Source of the DNA: a virus
IMG/VR virus record: IMGVR_UViG_3300045020_000106
Coordinates: 6,287-70,286 of that record
DNA length: 64,000 nt
Reading direction: 5' to 3' (one strand)
Positions 56,001-64,000 of the stretch are shown in pieces. Both the position numbers and the translations under genes were made by a program. Below the pieces are notes generated by a model. It worked only from the letters and a program-made list of their open reading frames with translations, was not told the DNA's origin and ran no database searches. The first letter of the stretch is position 1. Each line of letters starts with the position of its first letter.

Positions 56001-59000
56001 GATGCCGCTGGCACTTCCACTCTTCTCAAGGAAGCCAGGGCGTTTAATCCCGATCTCGCAGGGACAATATCGGTATGGAAAGACCCATCCGACGGCAAGA
56101 CCTATGTCGTGAACGGCCACCATCGCTATGAGCTGGCAGTTCGTAAAGGACAAGATGAAATCGCCGTAAGGCATGTCGTTGCCGATGACGCGGAAACTGC
56201 GCGAGCGATTGGAGCGATGCAGAATATCGCCGAAGGCCGCGGCACTGCGGTGGATGCTGCAAAGTTCTTACGCGATTCCGGCATGACACTCGCAGACTTT
56301 CAGGCAAAGGGTATTTCATTGGGCGAGGCCACGGCGGCGAAAGGCCTGGCGCTCGCCAATCTTGACGATTCGCTTTTCAATAAAGTAGTACAGGGCGATC
56401 TGCGCGAAGGCCGCGCGGTCGCCATCGGTGAAGCGACGAAAGACCCGGCAGAGCAGAAAGCTATTCTCTCGCTGGTGGAAAAGAAAGAATCGCGAGGCAC
56501 AAGAGTCAGCGACGACACGCTCTCGGAACTCATTCGCTTGGTCAAGGGAAGCGAACAGACTACCGAGACCACGCAAAACCTATTCGGAACGCAGGAGATT
56601 AGTCGCTCGCTGGCACTGGAGAAAGCAGAAATATCCGCGCACATCAAGCAGCAATTGGCAAAGGATAAGAAACTGTTCGGCTTTGTCGCCAAGGCGGATC
56701 GCGCAACCGAGTTGGAACGCGGCGGCAACAAGATTGATGTAGGCAAATCGAAGGAAATTTCTACTGGCGCGGCTCAGGCCGAAGAGGTTTATAATAAGCT
56801 TAGTGAGCGCGGAGGTCCGATTGCATCCATCCTCGACGAAAGCGCCAGAAAACTCGCAGAGGGTGACAGCCCCGCGACCGTTAAATCGGAAGCCTACACC
56901 CGCGTCCGCTCCGAAATATCCAAAACTCTCGGGCCACCAGAAGGAACAAGTGCTGGACGATCTGAAGAAGCACGCGAAGAAAACCTAGAACCTACCCTCC
57001 CCGGCATGGAGCACGTTCCCACCGAACGCGCCGAAGCCAACGCGGAGCATCAAGGCAAAGAACTCACCGAAAAACTCACTGAGCCGCCCAAGTCCATCGA
57101 AGCCAAAGCGGGCGAGATTGAGCAAAAATCCCCGCTATTCCGCGACACGGAAGCCAACCCACAGAAAGGCTTATTCGGCTCCGATCTTCTCTCCGGGGAA
57201 TCTGGCAGCTTTGAACCAGGCAAGGTAGGCGAAGCGGCAAAGGCAGTCGGCGATTATATCGGTGGCGTCCGTCACAGCACAGAGATCGCTCGTGATCTTC
57301 AGCGCAGCCTTGAAACCTTAGATACACAAAAACAGGCGGACATCCTCGAAGGCATCAACGTGATGAAGGTAATGAAGTCGGCAGGATTAAAGCATGCCGA
57401 CGATGAAGCCATCTACCATCACCTCGAAGATCCGAATGCCAAGCTTTCAGACGATCAGCAGAAGTGGCTCGACGATATCGTTACGCCGCTCCAGAAAATG
57501 AACACGGAGTTTTATGAGGAATTAAAAAAGGGCGGGGTGCCCATCGAGAACTATGTACATCGAGTCGTGCAGGGGAAGGGCGGGGTTCTCGACCGCATTG
57601 CGCAAGGGGCGAAGGCAATGGGCTCACGCGCAACCCTCTCGAAATCCGCGCCGCAAACCAAGCAGCGTACCTATATGGCGCTGGATAATGACAAAGGTGA
57701 ACGCCAGGTAGTCTCCATCAAGAATGGTCAGGTGACGGCATGGAAAGATGGAACCCCGGAAAATCTCGGTGGCCTTAGCGCTTCGGAAGAGGGCAAGCAG
57801 TTTGAGGATAAAGACGGCCAGACGTGGAAACTTAAACAGGCCACCACGAAAGAAATAGAAGCGAATACAGATACGAAGTACTACCACTCAGCCATCGCCA
57901 GCACGGTTGTTTCGAATATCCAACTAGGCTCCGCTGTGCGCGCGCTGCGATTCCTTGAGGAATACAAAAAGAGTCCTGAGTTCAAAGAATCGGCGGTCCC
58001 GCAAAGTTCCGGCAATCCCCCGAAAGGCTGGAGGACCACCAACCTCCCACAATTCACGGGATACTATTTCGAGCCCCGTACCGCTGAAGTGTTGGATCAG
58101 TACTACGACCGGATGCGGCAAGGGAACATTGGAGCACTGGATAAAGTAGGTGCGCTGATGCGAGCCACCATGCTCCTGAATCCGATCATGCACCCGATGA
58201 ACGTCGCCGCCTCATGGGCGATGGAAAAAGGCGCTACCGGCTTATTTATGACGCCATTCAACCGGGCCACGTGGCGGGCGGGGAACAAGGCAGTCAAGGC
58301 AGTGTTAAGCAAGAACGATGACTTCCTCGCAGCGCTGGACGCGGGCGCGGCCGTACAATCCCACCGGGCGATCATTCAAGATATTACGCGGTTGTTCTTT
58401 AATCAGCTCTCGGAAGCGCTGGACAAGAAAGAAACATGGGCCACGAAGATCGCGGATGCAACTGGGCTCCGTGGAACCAATGTCATCACGGCTTATCCTC
58501 GACTGGTGCATCAGATCGCATTCTCTGCCGGCGACATTTTCTATCTCCAGTCGGCCTATCAGTATCAGATGGAACACCCCGGCGTCTCGCTGGAAGATGC
58601 ATTGAAAGAGTCCGGGCGAATCAACCCTGAGTACCGGATACCCACTCGCATTGCCGATGTTCCACAACTTTCGAAGTTGATGACGAACCGATGGGCAACG
58701 ATTTTCGGACCCTATCACTACTCACTATTAAAATCCTTCGGCGAAGTCGCCAAGTCCGCGCTGGGTGCGCAGGAGCCCGCGCCAGGAAGGACGAAGGCGC
58801 AAGAGGTCTCCAAGGGGTGGGACAGATTGGCGGCCCTCGGTATTATCACCATGATGCTCTACCCGGCGCTGGATGAACTGGCGAAACACTTCACCGGAGA
58901 CAAGCACGCAAAAGTCAGACGCGCAGGACCATTCGGATTGATCGACTCCGCACTGCAGGTAGCTAGTAAGCAGCAATCGGTCAGTACAGCCGCACAGAGG

Positions 59001-59585
59001 GTCGTGACTCCAGCGCCACAAACCAAAGCGGCGGCAGAGTTGGCATTCAATCGGGACTTCTATTCCGGGCACCAAATCTACGATCCACATGCCGACTGGA
59101 AAACGGAAGGCCATCAGATCGGGAGATACTTGCTGGATGAAACTCTCGGCCAGCCCGGACAATTTGCCAAGGCGGAAACCTCGGAGCAAAAGCATCGCTT
59201 CGCCCTGCAGCAAATTGGGATCACAATGGCGAAGACGCCGGCGGAAAAAGTTGCTGCGGATATTGCCATGTCAAAAGTTGGAACAGAAGCCGAAGACCCA
59301 GAGGATCACGAGAATCGCGTGGAGCGCCGAGAAATCCTCAATCAGCTACGCAAAGGGAACCGGCAACCCTTACAGGATGCAATCGACAAGCACGAGATCA
59401 CCGGCAAGCAGGCGCACGCTCTGGAGCGGCGATCAAGACTCACCCCGCTTCAGGATACTGTGCATGGCTTCAGCTATAAAGAAGCGAAGAAGGTGTACGA
59501 CGTGGCCGATGCGGATGAGAAAAAAGAATTAGAGACGATTCTCGCTCAAAAAGAACGACGCGCTCACATGAATTACTGGCAGTAA
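53100..59585 (+). CDS. Giant polyvalent ejection protein: J-like, RelA/SpoT-like, SH3-like, HAD phosphatase, ParB-like and C-terminal helical domains
   Basis: PPxGFxE x3; PEDLKTSYR; KDSDRIEDK..DIAGAK..AEIMLQT..HDQY; VDFDGTL..IDDK; YVVNGHHRY. Confidence 0.8.
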   Translation: MPTVAEPDTTDESVSVRSAPPSGFTESLSASETGDRSKPPTGFSEVHDASAPPPGFTEDVGAQQNVDQALAGAPKPQVNMQPVAVTSGRPVGSPAAVAPAPGTELEHFGALVPQAAVPALQSIQTHVNEPLNKAAQAGAEFGKEVGQEAVTGATILSHPAESLSAALSSPYGPKPATETPEQTAQREHPVAMVIASGVGEAAGGAAADPRNWPFFASGGARPVLQKIISLGFSGMMAKDATDAAVDLHANWDKYTPQQRAEIAAKGGISGVMAAMGAYHAATSKLPPPAPLRPEPESLTALHNEARDIVNSAGLEYPYNPTPEDLKTSYRQFQARAANAAEADQPAMKEKANRLQEIYDKLSKGAPTEKPVHHTSNDVKALRESAEAQSGKIGDAVAKAAEPVEGAKVEAVRDAKDSDRIEDKAKRQNVQPSQIGDIAGAKVSVPDQEAANEVLKNLHQEMPVESANGTVTGEPQNNAVRQTQAIVDTEAPPEEPIKHAEIMLQTPEMHAATDRTHDQYREAQELRAQGKEAEAQAIESEIAKTHEAAEQAARSRQGESDALSQRGPATVHGGAQKENGASGREPERVGAGNGLQETPTPSAQAAEKEKLPDHLGDKRVQVKDAKTGEWKDGTVIADVMRSGPTTRGEATLRKLRGQFDDGGRFDVGPESIRLPQSKRVGVDFDGTLVKENADGSIGEPIPERIASLKQRIAAGDDVIIESHRAKDPQQIANIQEVLISQGLPRLPVTAKKTAAGELIDDKQGKTPGVDVDRVATNANAPLPDKPFALSEHEKELSKPYGPPKADFGGRVPDESLGLNPNPAEDFGNKARAEVERRMGGALPRGATERRVEPQTDDEKLKAAFAGSRSVGNKEGGLFTQAKSELFPGKRELSNDEIAKVETRARELSSQKTATSEKTSQPVGGSDAGKERGSPAKETRKEVAPGKVGEMKVSDLRVAPNKFQYKLGTDAAGTSTLLKEARAFNPDLAGTISVWKDPSDGKTYVVNGHHRYELAVRKGQDEIAVRHVVADDAETARAIGAMQNIAEGRGTAVDAAKFLRDSGMTLADFQAKGISLGEATAAKGLALANLDDSLFNKVVQGDLREGRAVAIGEATKDPAEQKAILSLVEKKESRGTRVSDDTLSELIRLVKGSEQTTETTQNLFGTQEISRSLALEKAEISAHIKQQLAKDKKLFGFVAKADRATELERGGNKIDVGKSKEISTGAAQAEEVYNKLSERGGPIASILDESARKLAEGDSPATVKSEAYTRVRSEISKTLGPPEGTSAGRSEEAREENLEPTLPGMEHVPTERAEANAEHQGKELTEKLTEPPKSIEAKAGEIEQKSPLFRDTEANPQKGLFGSDLLSGESGSFEPGKVGEAAKAVGDYIGGVRHSTEIARDLQRSLETLDTQKQADILEGINVMKVMKSAGLKHADDEAIYHHLEDPNAKLSDDQQKWLDDIVTPLQKMNTEFYEELKKGGVPIENYVHRVVQGKGGVLDRIAQGAKAMGSRATLSKSAPQTKQRTYMALDNDKGERQVVSIKNGQVTAWKDGTPENLGGLSASEEGKQFEDKDGQTWKLKQATTKEIEANTDTKYYHSAIASTVVSNIQLGSAVRALRFLEEYKKSPEFKESAVPQSSGNPPKGWRTTNLPQFTGYYFEPRTAEVLDQYYDRMRQGNIGALDKVGALMRATMLLNPIMHPMNVAASWAMEKGATGLFMTPFNRATWRAGNKAVKAVLSKNDDFLAALDAGAAVQSHRAIIQDITRLFFNQLSEALDKKETWATKIADATGLRGTNVITAYPRLVHQIAFSAGDIFYLQSAYQYQMEHPGVSLEDALKESGRINPEYRIPTRIADVPQLSKLMTNRWATIFGPYHYSLLKSFGEVAKSALGAQEPAPGRTKAQEVSKGWDRLAALGIITMMLYPALDELAKHFTGDKHAKVRRAGPFGLIDSALQVASKQQSVSTAAQRVVTPAPQTKAAAELAFNRDFYSGHQIYDPHADWKTEGHQIGRYLLDETLGQPGQFAKAETSEQKHRFALQQIGITMAKTPAEKVAADIAMSKVGTEAEDPEDHENRVERREILNQLRKGNRQPLQDAIDKHEITGKQAHALERRSRLTPLQDTVHGFSYKEAKKVYDVADADEKKELETILAQKERRAHMNYWQ
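54778..54942 (+). CDS. Nested +1-frame small basic protein (54 aa)
   Basis: AAGGAG RBS 6 nt before ATG; MPFRSEAQQRFMEAH...EWEQAT.FKKLP. Confidence 0.65.
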   Translation: MPFRSEAQQRFMEAHKKKMARQGVNLKEWEQATDFKKLPPRAPKPPKKKSSPTT

Positions 59586-59611
59586 GATTAGATTCACCCG
59601 AGAGGCCCGCA

Positions 59612-60313
59612 GTGCCCAGAAAGCGAAAAGATAAATTCCTCGCGCCCAAAGAGCGGGAACAATGCTTCATTCAGGCACACATCAAGACCGGGGCCGACCC
59701 AGCAAAAATCGCCGCATGCGAGAAGCGGGCAGGCATGGTACCGGGCGACGGCCTGGAACTTCTCAAACGGCGTTCGGTTCAAAAACAAATCGATCAGGCA
59801 TTAGCCGGGATTCGTGCCGAGCAAATGCGTCAGGCGGTGGTATCCGAAGCAGCCCAGGAAGCCAAAATTCAATTCAAGCAGGAAGTTGTTGCCACTGTAG
59901 AAAAAGCCAAGCTCATGGGATTAAACCGGGAACTCCTGATCGACCAGTTGATGCAGTGTGCGATCGGGATCAACATGCACCTGTTCCCAAAAGAGAAACT
60001 GGACTACATCAAAGCCGGGTTGGTTCTCGAGGGAATCATAGAAAGCGGGCAGACGAAACGCGTAGCTCCGTTAGAAAGCGGACTCAAAGAGTCGTCGGGG
60101 GGCATTTACACGAACCACTTCGACCGCCTCGCCCAAGGGTCAACCGGTGTCGAATCGTCGCCAGAATCAAGCGCTAGCCCACCGCAAGATGATGCTTACG
60201 AGCTAATCCCGCCAGAGCAAAAAGTAAAACTCCCTCCTCCCGGCGAACCTATTCATGAAAACCGACCCACAGAACCCTCCCGCGGCCGGGTCATCACGGT
60301 TGAGGTTGGATGA
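59612..60313 (+). CDS. Terminase small subunit (putative)
   Basis: N-terminal KEREQCFIQAHI...AG...GLELLKR HTH-like pattern; coupled to terL. Confidence 0.7.
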   Translation: MPRKRKDKFLAPKEREQCFIQAHIKTGADPAKIAACEKRAGMVPGDGLELLKRRSVQKQIDQALAGIRAEQMRQAVVSEAAQEAKIQFKQEVVATVEKAKLMGLNRELLIDQLMQCAIGINMHLFPKEKLDYIKAGLVLEGIIESGQTKRVAPLESGLKESSGGIYTNHFDRLAQGSTGVESSPESSASPPQDDAYELIPPEQKVKLPPPGEPIHENRPTEPSRGRVITVEVG

Positions 60314-61911
60314 GCCTCAGCCCGTACCCTCCCCTGGAACCACCCCCACGCGGTTTTGAGCCTGTATGGTGGCCGATCAACGCCGCGCAGCAGGCTTATC
60401 TCAACTCCAAGGCCGAACTGTTGTTAGGAGGTGGGGCCTCAGGTGGTGGCAAAACGCAGGTTCTCGCAGCCGACGCCGTTCAGGAATACAGAAACCCTGC
60501 CTTGCGCGCACTCTTACTCCGCACGACGCTCGAGGAGATGTCGGAGTTGGAAGATATTCAGCAGAAAATGTATGAACCGTTGGGTGCACGATGGACGCGG
60601 AAACGCTCTATCGCCGCCTGGAGGTTCCCTTCGGGGGCGACGATCCGGCCCGGTTACCTTGCCCACGACAAACATTTGAAGCGCTATCAGGGAAATCCGT
60701 ACACCTGGCTCGGCATTGATGAGAGCGGGCAACACCCTGAAAATCGCATCCGGTTCATGCTCGGCTGGTTAGTGGCGCCCAAAGGATCTGGCCTGCGGGC
60801 CCGCGCAAGATTCACCAGTAATCCGGGCGGGGACGGGCATGGCTGGCAGATGCGGGTATTCCTGCGCAACCGTTGCCCGGTGCATTGCGCCGCCGACTTC
60901 GCGGACGATCGGCCATTTGAAACCAGCGTTTACCCTGGGAGAGTGTACCGAGGAGCCTGTTGGACGGACGACTCTCCGGTGCATATGACCACGGCATTCA
61001 TCCCGGCCAAACTGATTGATAACCCATTTTACGGAGAAGATAAGCGAAAGCGACTTCTGACGCAAACGAAGGCGCTGCAGCAGCAGCTTCTTCATGGCTG
61101 CTGGTGTATGGCAGAAGGACTCTATTTCGATTGTCTTCGTCCCGAGATGGTCGTCCCCTATGCCACGATTGGAGACTCCTGGTGGTGGCAGCATTTCATC
61201 GCGATCGATTACGGCTTTGGGAACTCATCTGCGGCCGCCGGCATGTACGCAATCAATCCCAGCGGGACGGTGTTTAAGACGAGGGAGCGAGTGGAAGCAA
61301 AGATGTACGCCAACAAATTTGCGCTGGCGATCTGCAAGAAAGGCTTTGCCGCGACCGACAACCCTCGTCAGGGGCCGCAGGAGAACTGGCTCAAGAAGCT
61401 CAAGGCACGAGATCCTGAAAGCCCACGCATGGCGTTTTGCGTGATGGATGAAGCGATGGATCAGCATCGGGGAACCGGGGAAAGTGTGTACGATGTAATC
61501 GCGAAAATTATGGGAGACCACGGCATCGGCTCAATCAAAGCGGCACATGATCCGATGGGCAACGCGCAAGTTCTCTACAACGGCCTGGCAAATAACCTCC
61601 TCGTGCTGACGCGGGACTCCGCAGATCTGCCGCTCACCTATCGCTCTCTGAGTAGCCGAGTCATCGACAAACGAAAAGCCATCAAAAAAATCCACGGCGC
61701 ATGGGAGGATGACTGTCATGACGAAACGTCCTACGGGTTTAACACCTGGCGGGAAAACTCCCAGAAACCCGAACGCACAGCCCTGGCGGAAGAAATAGCA
61801 GAACTAAGAAAGCAGGGCATGGATGAAACCAGCATCGCTAGAATTGCATGGAAGAAGGAGCAGGAAATTCAACAGAAAGAACACAAGCAGGCCAAGGGAG
61901 TGAGACTTTAG
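60310..61911 (+). CDS. terL: Terminase large subunit
   Basis: NAAQQAY, Walker A GGASGGGKT, Walker B LGIDES, TSNPGG, DNP, nuclease IDYG and DDCHD. Confidence 0.95.
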   Translation: MSLSPYPPLEPPPRGFEPVWWPINAAQQAYLNSKAELLLGGGASGGGKTQVLAADAVQEYRNPALRALLLRTTLEEMSELEDIQQKMYEPLGARWTRKRSIAAWRFPSGATIRPGYLAHDKHLKRYQGNPYTWLGIDESGQHPENRIRFMLGWLVAPKGSGLRARARFTSNPGGDGHGWQMRVFLRNRCPVHCAADFADDRPFETSVYPGRVYRGACWTDDSPVHMTTAFIPAKLIDNPFYGEDKRKRLLTQTKALQQQLLHGCWCMAEGLYFDCLRPEMVVPYATIGDSWWWQHFIAIDYGFGNSSAAAGMYAINPSGTVFKTRERVEAKMYANKFALAICKKGFAATDNPRQGPQENWLKKLKARDPESPRMAFCVMDEAMDQHRGTGESVYDVIAKIMGDHGIGSIKAAHDPMGNAQVLYNGLANNLLVLTRDSADLPLTYRSLSSRVIDKRKAIKKIHGAWEDDCHDETSYGFNTWRENSQKPERTALAEEIAELRKQGMDETSIARIAWKKEQEIQQKEHKQAKGVRL

Positions 61912-61989
61912 GGCGTGGCTTCATCGGTCATTGGGATGCTCCCCCGAACTCTTTTTCTCTACGCTTTCATTCTCCGAACTGAGTCCCGA

Positions 61990-62275
61990 TGGGATGGGTC
62001 CCTACCCACCGACCGTTTGCTGCTGGACAGGATGGGAAAGTAATTTCTCCTCGTGCCATGCCGCATCGGCGTGCTTCAACAGCAATCGTGCGAATTGCCG
62101 CGCCTGTCGCGCTGAAAACACGATGTGCCCAACGCCGTTCTCATCCGGCTTAAGATCGGGATGATTGACTATCACTTCACCGTTCCCGTTGGTGCCTACT
62201 TCTAAGACGCCTGCTACTTTCTCTGCCATATTTGGCCACCTCCACTCTGAGATTTTAGGGTAGGGACCCATCCCA
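61990..62275. repeat. Perfect 18-bp inverted repeats flanking one gene
   Basis: TGGGATGGGTCCCTACCC (61990-62007) / GGGTAGGGACCCATCCCA (62258-62275). Confidence 0.9.
62002..62229 (-). CDS. Hypothetical protein within the inverted repeats
   Basis: GGAGG RBS; MAEKVAGVLEVG...HIVFSARQARQFARLL. Confidence 0.7.
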   Translation of the reverse strand: MAEKVAGVLEVGTNGNGEVIVNHPDLKPDENGVGHIVFSARQARQFARLLLKHADAAWHEEKLLSHPVQQQTVGG

Positions 62276-62311
62276 CTGCTCTATTTTAGGCTATACTTCG
62301 TAGCAAATAGG

Positions 62312-63079
62312 TCATGCTTTCCCCTCCGGCTGCGGCGCGTCAGCATCTGTCTTCGGCGCACGAGCTAGCCCCCATCCTTCCCGGAATCCGTCATAGTAGG
62401 TAGCGCTGTGATCGGGATTCATCTTAGCTAATGCATCTTCCATCTGCTTCTCGGCTTCGGCAGACCAAAATGGCGGCTGAGCAGCTTCGCCGAGAGAAGG
62501 ATGCGCCCCATTCAATACGTCTGCTACTTTCTGATACGCGATGGCGACTGGATGAGAAGCGTCTGCATCTTCTGGAGTGAGTTCGTCGAGAACGTTTAGA
62601 ATTCGGTCTTTCAGTTGGCTTATATCGGCCACGACTCGTGCATGTTCTCCTTGCCAAAAATCCACTTCGCGCAGCATTTGTTGCCTCAACGCTTGATACG
62701 CGGATTCGGTATAGTCATCGGTTGGCTGAGGATGCGTCCCGGCCAGCGCCCGCCTATCCACACTGAGAAGTGTATTGATCCTCGCAGCCACGCGGTTTAC
62801 GAGCCAGCCTGGGTCTTTCCCCGATAGCGCGTCCGCAATGATCGTAACCGCGCAGTCGTCTACTAGGGAGTCCGCATTCCCGCTTCGCTCCCCGGCAGTT
62901 GATTCGGGCACGGCGCTCGGCTCTGCTATTTCTTTACCAGCTACAACCGAAGCATCGCACACGGGAAGGCACCCAGCTTTCGCGCACCAGTCATCCTCTC
63001 GATGCACTTCGTTGAAGTTTGGATATGCCGCATTCTTCGGGAGAATCATCCATCGGCGTGGCGCTGCTTCATGGCTCAT
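62312..63079 (-). CDS. Mosaic hypothetical early protein
   Basis: 255-aa ORF, coupled. Confidence 0.6.
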   Translation of the reverse strand: MSHEAAPRRWMILPKNAAYPNFNEVHREDDWCAKAGCLPVCDASVVAGKEIAEPSAVPESTAGERSGNADSLVDDCAVTIIADALSGKDPGWLVNRVAARINTLLSVDRRALAGTHPQPTDDYTESAYQALRQQMLREVDFWQGEHARVVADISQLKDRILNVLDELTPEDADASHPVAIAYQKVADVLNGAHPSLGEAAQPPFWSAEAEKQMEDALAKMNPDHSATYYDGFREGWGLARAPKTDADAPQPEGKA

Positions 63080-63303
63080 CGGGTCACCCGGCTTTCATCT
63101 TGCACGCGCCGTATCTCTTTCACGGCTTCGGATTGGCTTTCTACTAAATCGCGGAACTCATCGGACCACGGCTCATCAAAGTCCTGCGTCTGAAACGTTG
63201 CGATAAATAATTCTTCGTGACAGTTGGGACACATCCCGTCTGAGAACTTTGTGCCACAATCCTCGCAATACATCCCATGTGCGCCCCTCGATTCAGTGCT
63301 CAT
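63076..63303 (-). CDS. Small Zn-ribbon protein
   Basis: CEDCG...CPNC. Confidence 0.65.
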   Translation of the reverse strand: MSTESRGAHGMYCEDCGTKFSDGMCPNCHEELFIATFQTQDFDEPWSDEFRDLVESQSEAVKEIRRVQDESRVTR

Positions 63304-63608
63304 CGAACCCTCCACTCTGCGTCAGCGCAGCACGCCTTTAGCCACGCAATGGCCTGCTTTGATGTGCATCGCTTGAATCCCTCTCTAAGACCTAATCCAT
63401 GCGCTATACACCAAATCTCCTGAGCGCTCAATCCTCCGCGCTCCGCCAGCTCGTAGAGACTCTGCGCGTGATTGTTTTGCGCTTGCATAGCAAATGGTTC
63501 TACAAAGACCCACGAGATCGAGGACGGATATTCCTCCCCGCGCTCGACATCATCACGGCCACCTAAAACCGGAAATCGCGCTCCGGTGCGCGGCGATTCA
63601 GTGCTCAT
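63300..63608 (-). CDS. Conserved hypothetical phage protein
   Basis: QAQNNHAQSLYELAERGGLS motif. Confidence 0.7.
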   Translation of the reverse strand: MSTESPRTGARFPVLGGRDDVERGEEYPSSISWVFVEPFAMQAQNNHAQSLYELAERGGLSAQEIWCIAHGLGLREGFKRCTSKQAIAWLKACCADAEWRVR

Positions 63609-63898
63609 CGGCATGCCTCTCGCAGTTCCTTCAGTATCAAGTCCCACCCGCAAGTGCAGTCAGGCCGAGACAGGCATCCGTCCTTGTGATTTCCATACTT
63701 ACGGAGCAGGCTATCGTATCTTCCCGCAGTGGCGATAGCGTGCTCTATTTTCTCGGTGCGATGCGCAAATCCTCCGAGAGCTGGCCGTCGCGCCAGAATG
63801 CTGTCAATAGTTTGCAGTTCCATGTTGGCAAGGTCCAACTTTAGGGCTAAATCTTGCAACAAATCTTCTCGTTTGGTGCGCGGTGAGTCACTTGGCAT
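63605..63898 (-). CDS. Hypothetical protein
   Basis: GGGAG RBS; H...C....CTCG. Confidence 0.6.
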   Translation of the reverse strand: MPSDSPRTKREDLLQDLALKLDLANMELQTIDSILARRPALGGFAHRTEKIEHAIATAGRYDSLLRKYGNHKDGCLSRPDCTCGWDLILKELREACR

Positions 63899-64000
63899 CG
63901 CTCAACTCCCCAGACTCGTAGCGCAAGTGAATCTCTTCCGCCAACGCCGCTAAAGCACCAGACAGAGTATTTGAGTTGAATCCGAATATCTCATCCTCTC

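Noticed and set aside
18973-61911. Numerous 60-220 aa antisense and alternate-frame ORFs in the late region
   Set aside because: No RBS or motifs; these are expected shadows of GC-rich coding DNA. Exceptions kept as features: 48746-49045 and 54778-54942.
1-64000. Integrase/att site, DGR or retron reverse transcriptase, alternative genetic code
   Set aside because: No recombinase or RT motifs and no TR/VR pair noticed; long genes are intact in code 11. Lifestyle cannot be determined from this window.

Overview
This window is almost entirely one tailed-phage (Caudoviricetes) genome or prophage segment with a short-tailed, podovirus-like virion module. The host is inferred to be an Acidobacteriota member, from a Zn-ribbon-XRE regulator, a small basic 'RIAEAQKKRWAK' protein and Gln-at-+1 signal peptides. 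Layout: leftward early genes at both ends (1-708 and 62002-63898). Replication/recombination and accessory genes run 947-15236 (replication initiator with an HNH insert, N4/N6 DNA methylase, AAA ATPase, VRR-NUC, KTSC, Acb2/Tad1-like protein), followed by a groES-groEL pair (15338-17574). A roughly 44-kb rightward late region follows: tail fibre/spike-like genes, glycosyltransferase, cysteine protease, lysis-like cluster, portal, scaffold, capsid, HNH, tail, ejection proteins, a 2161-aa polyvalent protein, and terminases last (T7-like order). Most notable: (1) all four tail fibre/spike-like proteins, plus a beta-barrel and a Tat substrate, carry export signal peptides followed by Gln and flank a glycosyltransferase and a papain-like protease, suggesting an extracytoplasmic route for building virion appendages; (2) a small gene with its own RBS is nested in the +1 frame of the giant protein; (3) the phage encodes a chaperonin pair with a possible membrane-anchored GroES isoform; (4) there are many structured intergenic RNAs and repeat-bounded gene cassettes. 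No integrase, tRNA, CRISPR array or reverse transcriptase was seen. Several apparent single-base indels suggest assembly errors. All family assignments are by eye from motifs; no searches were run.
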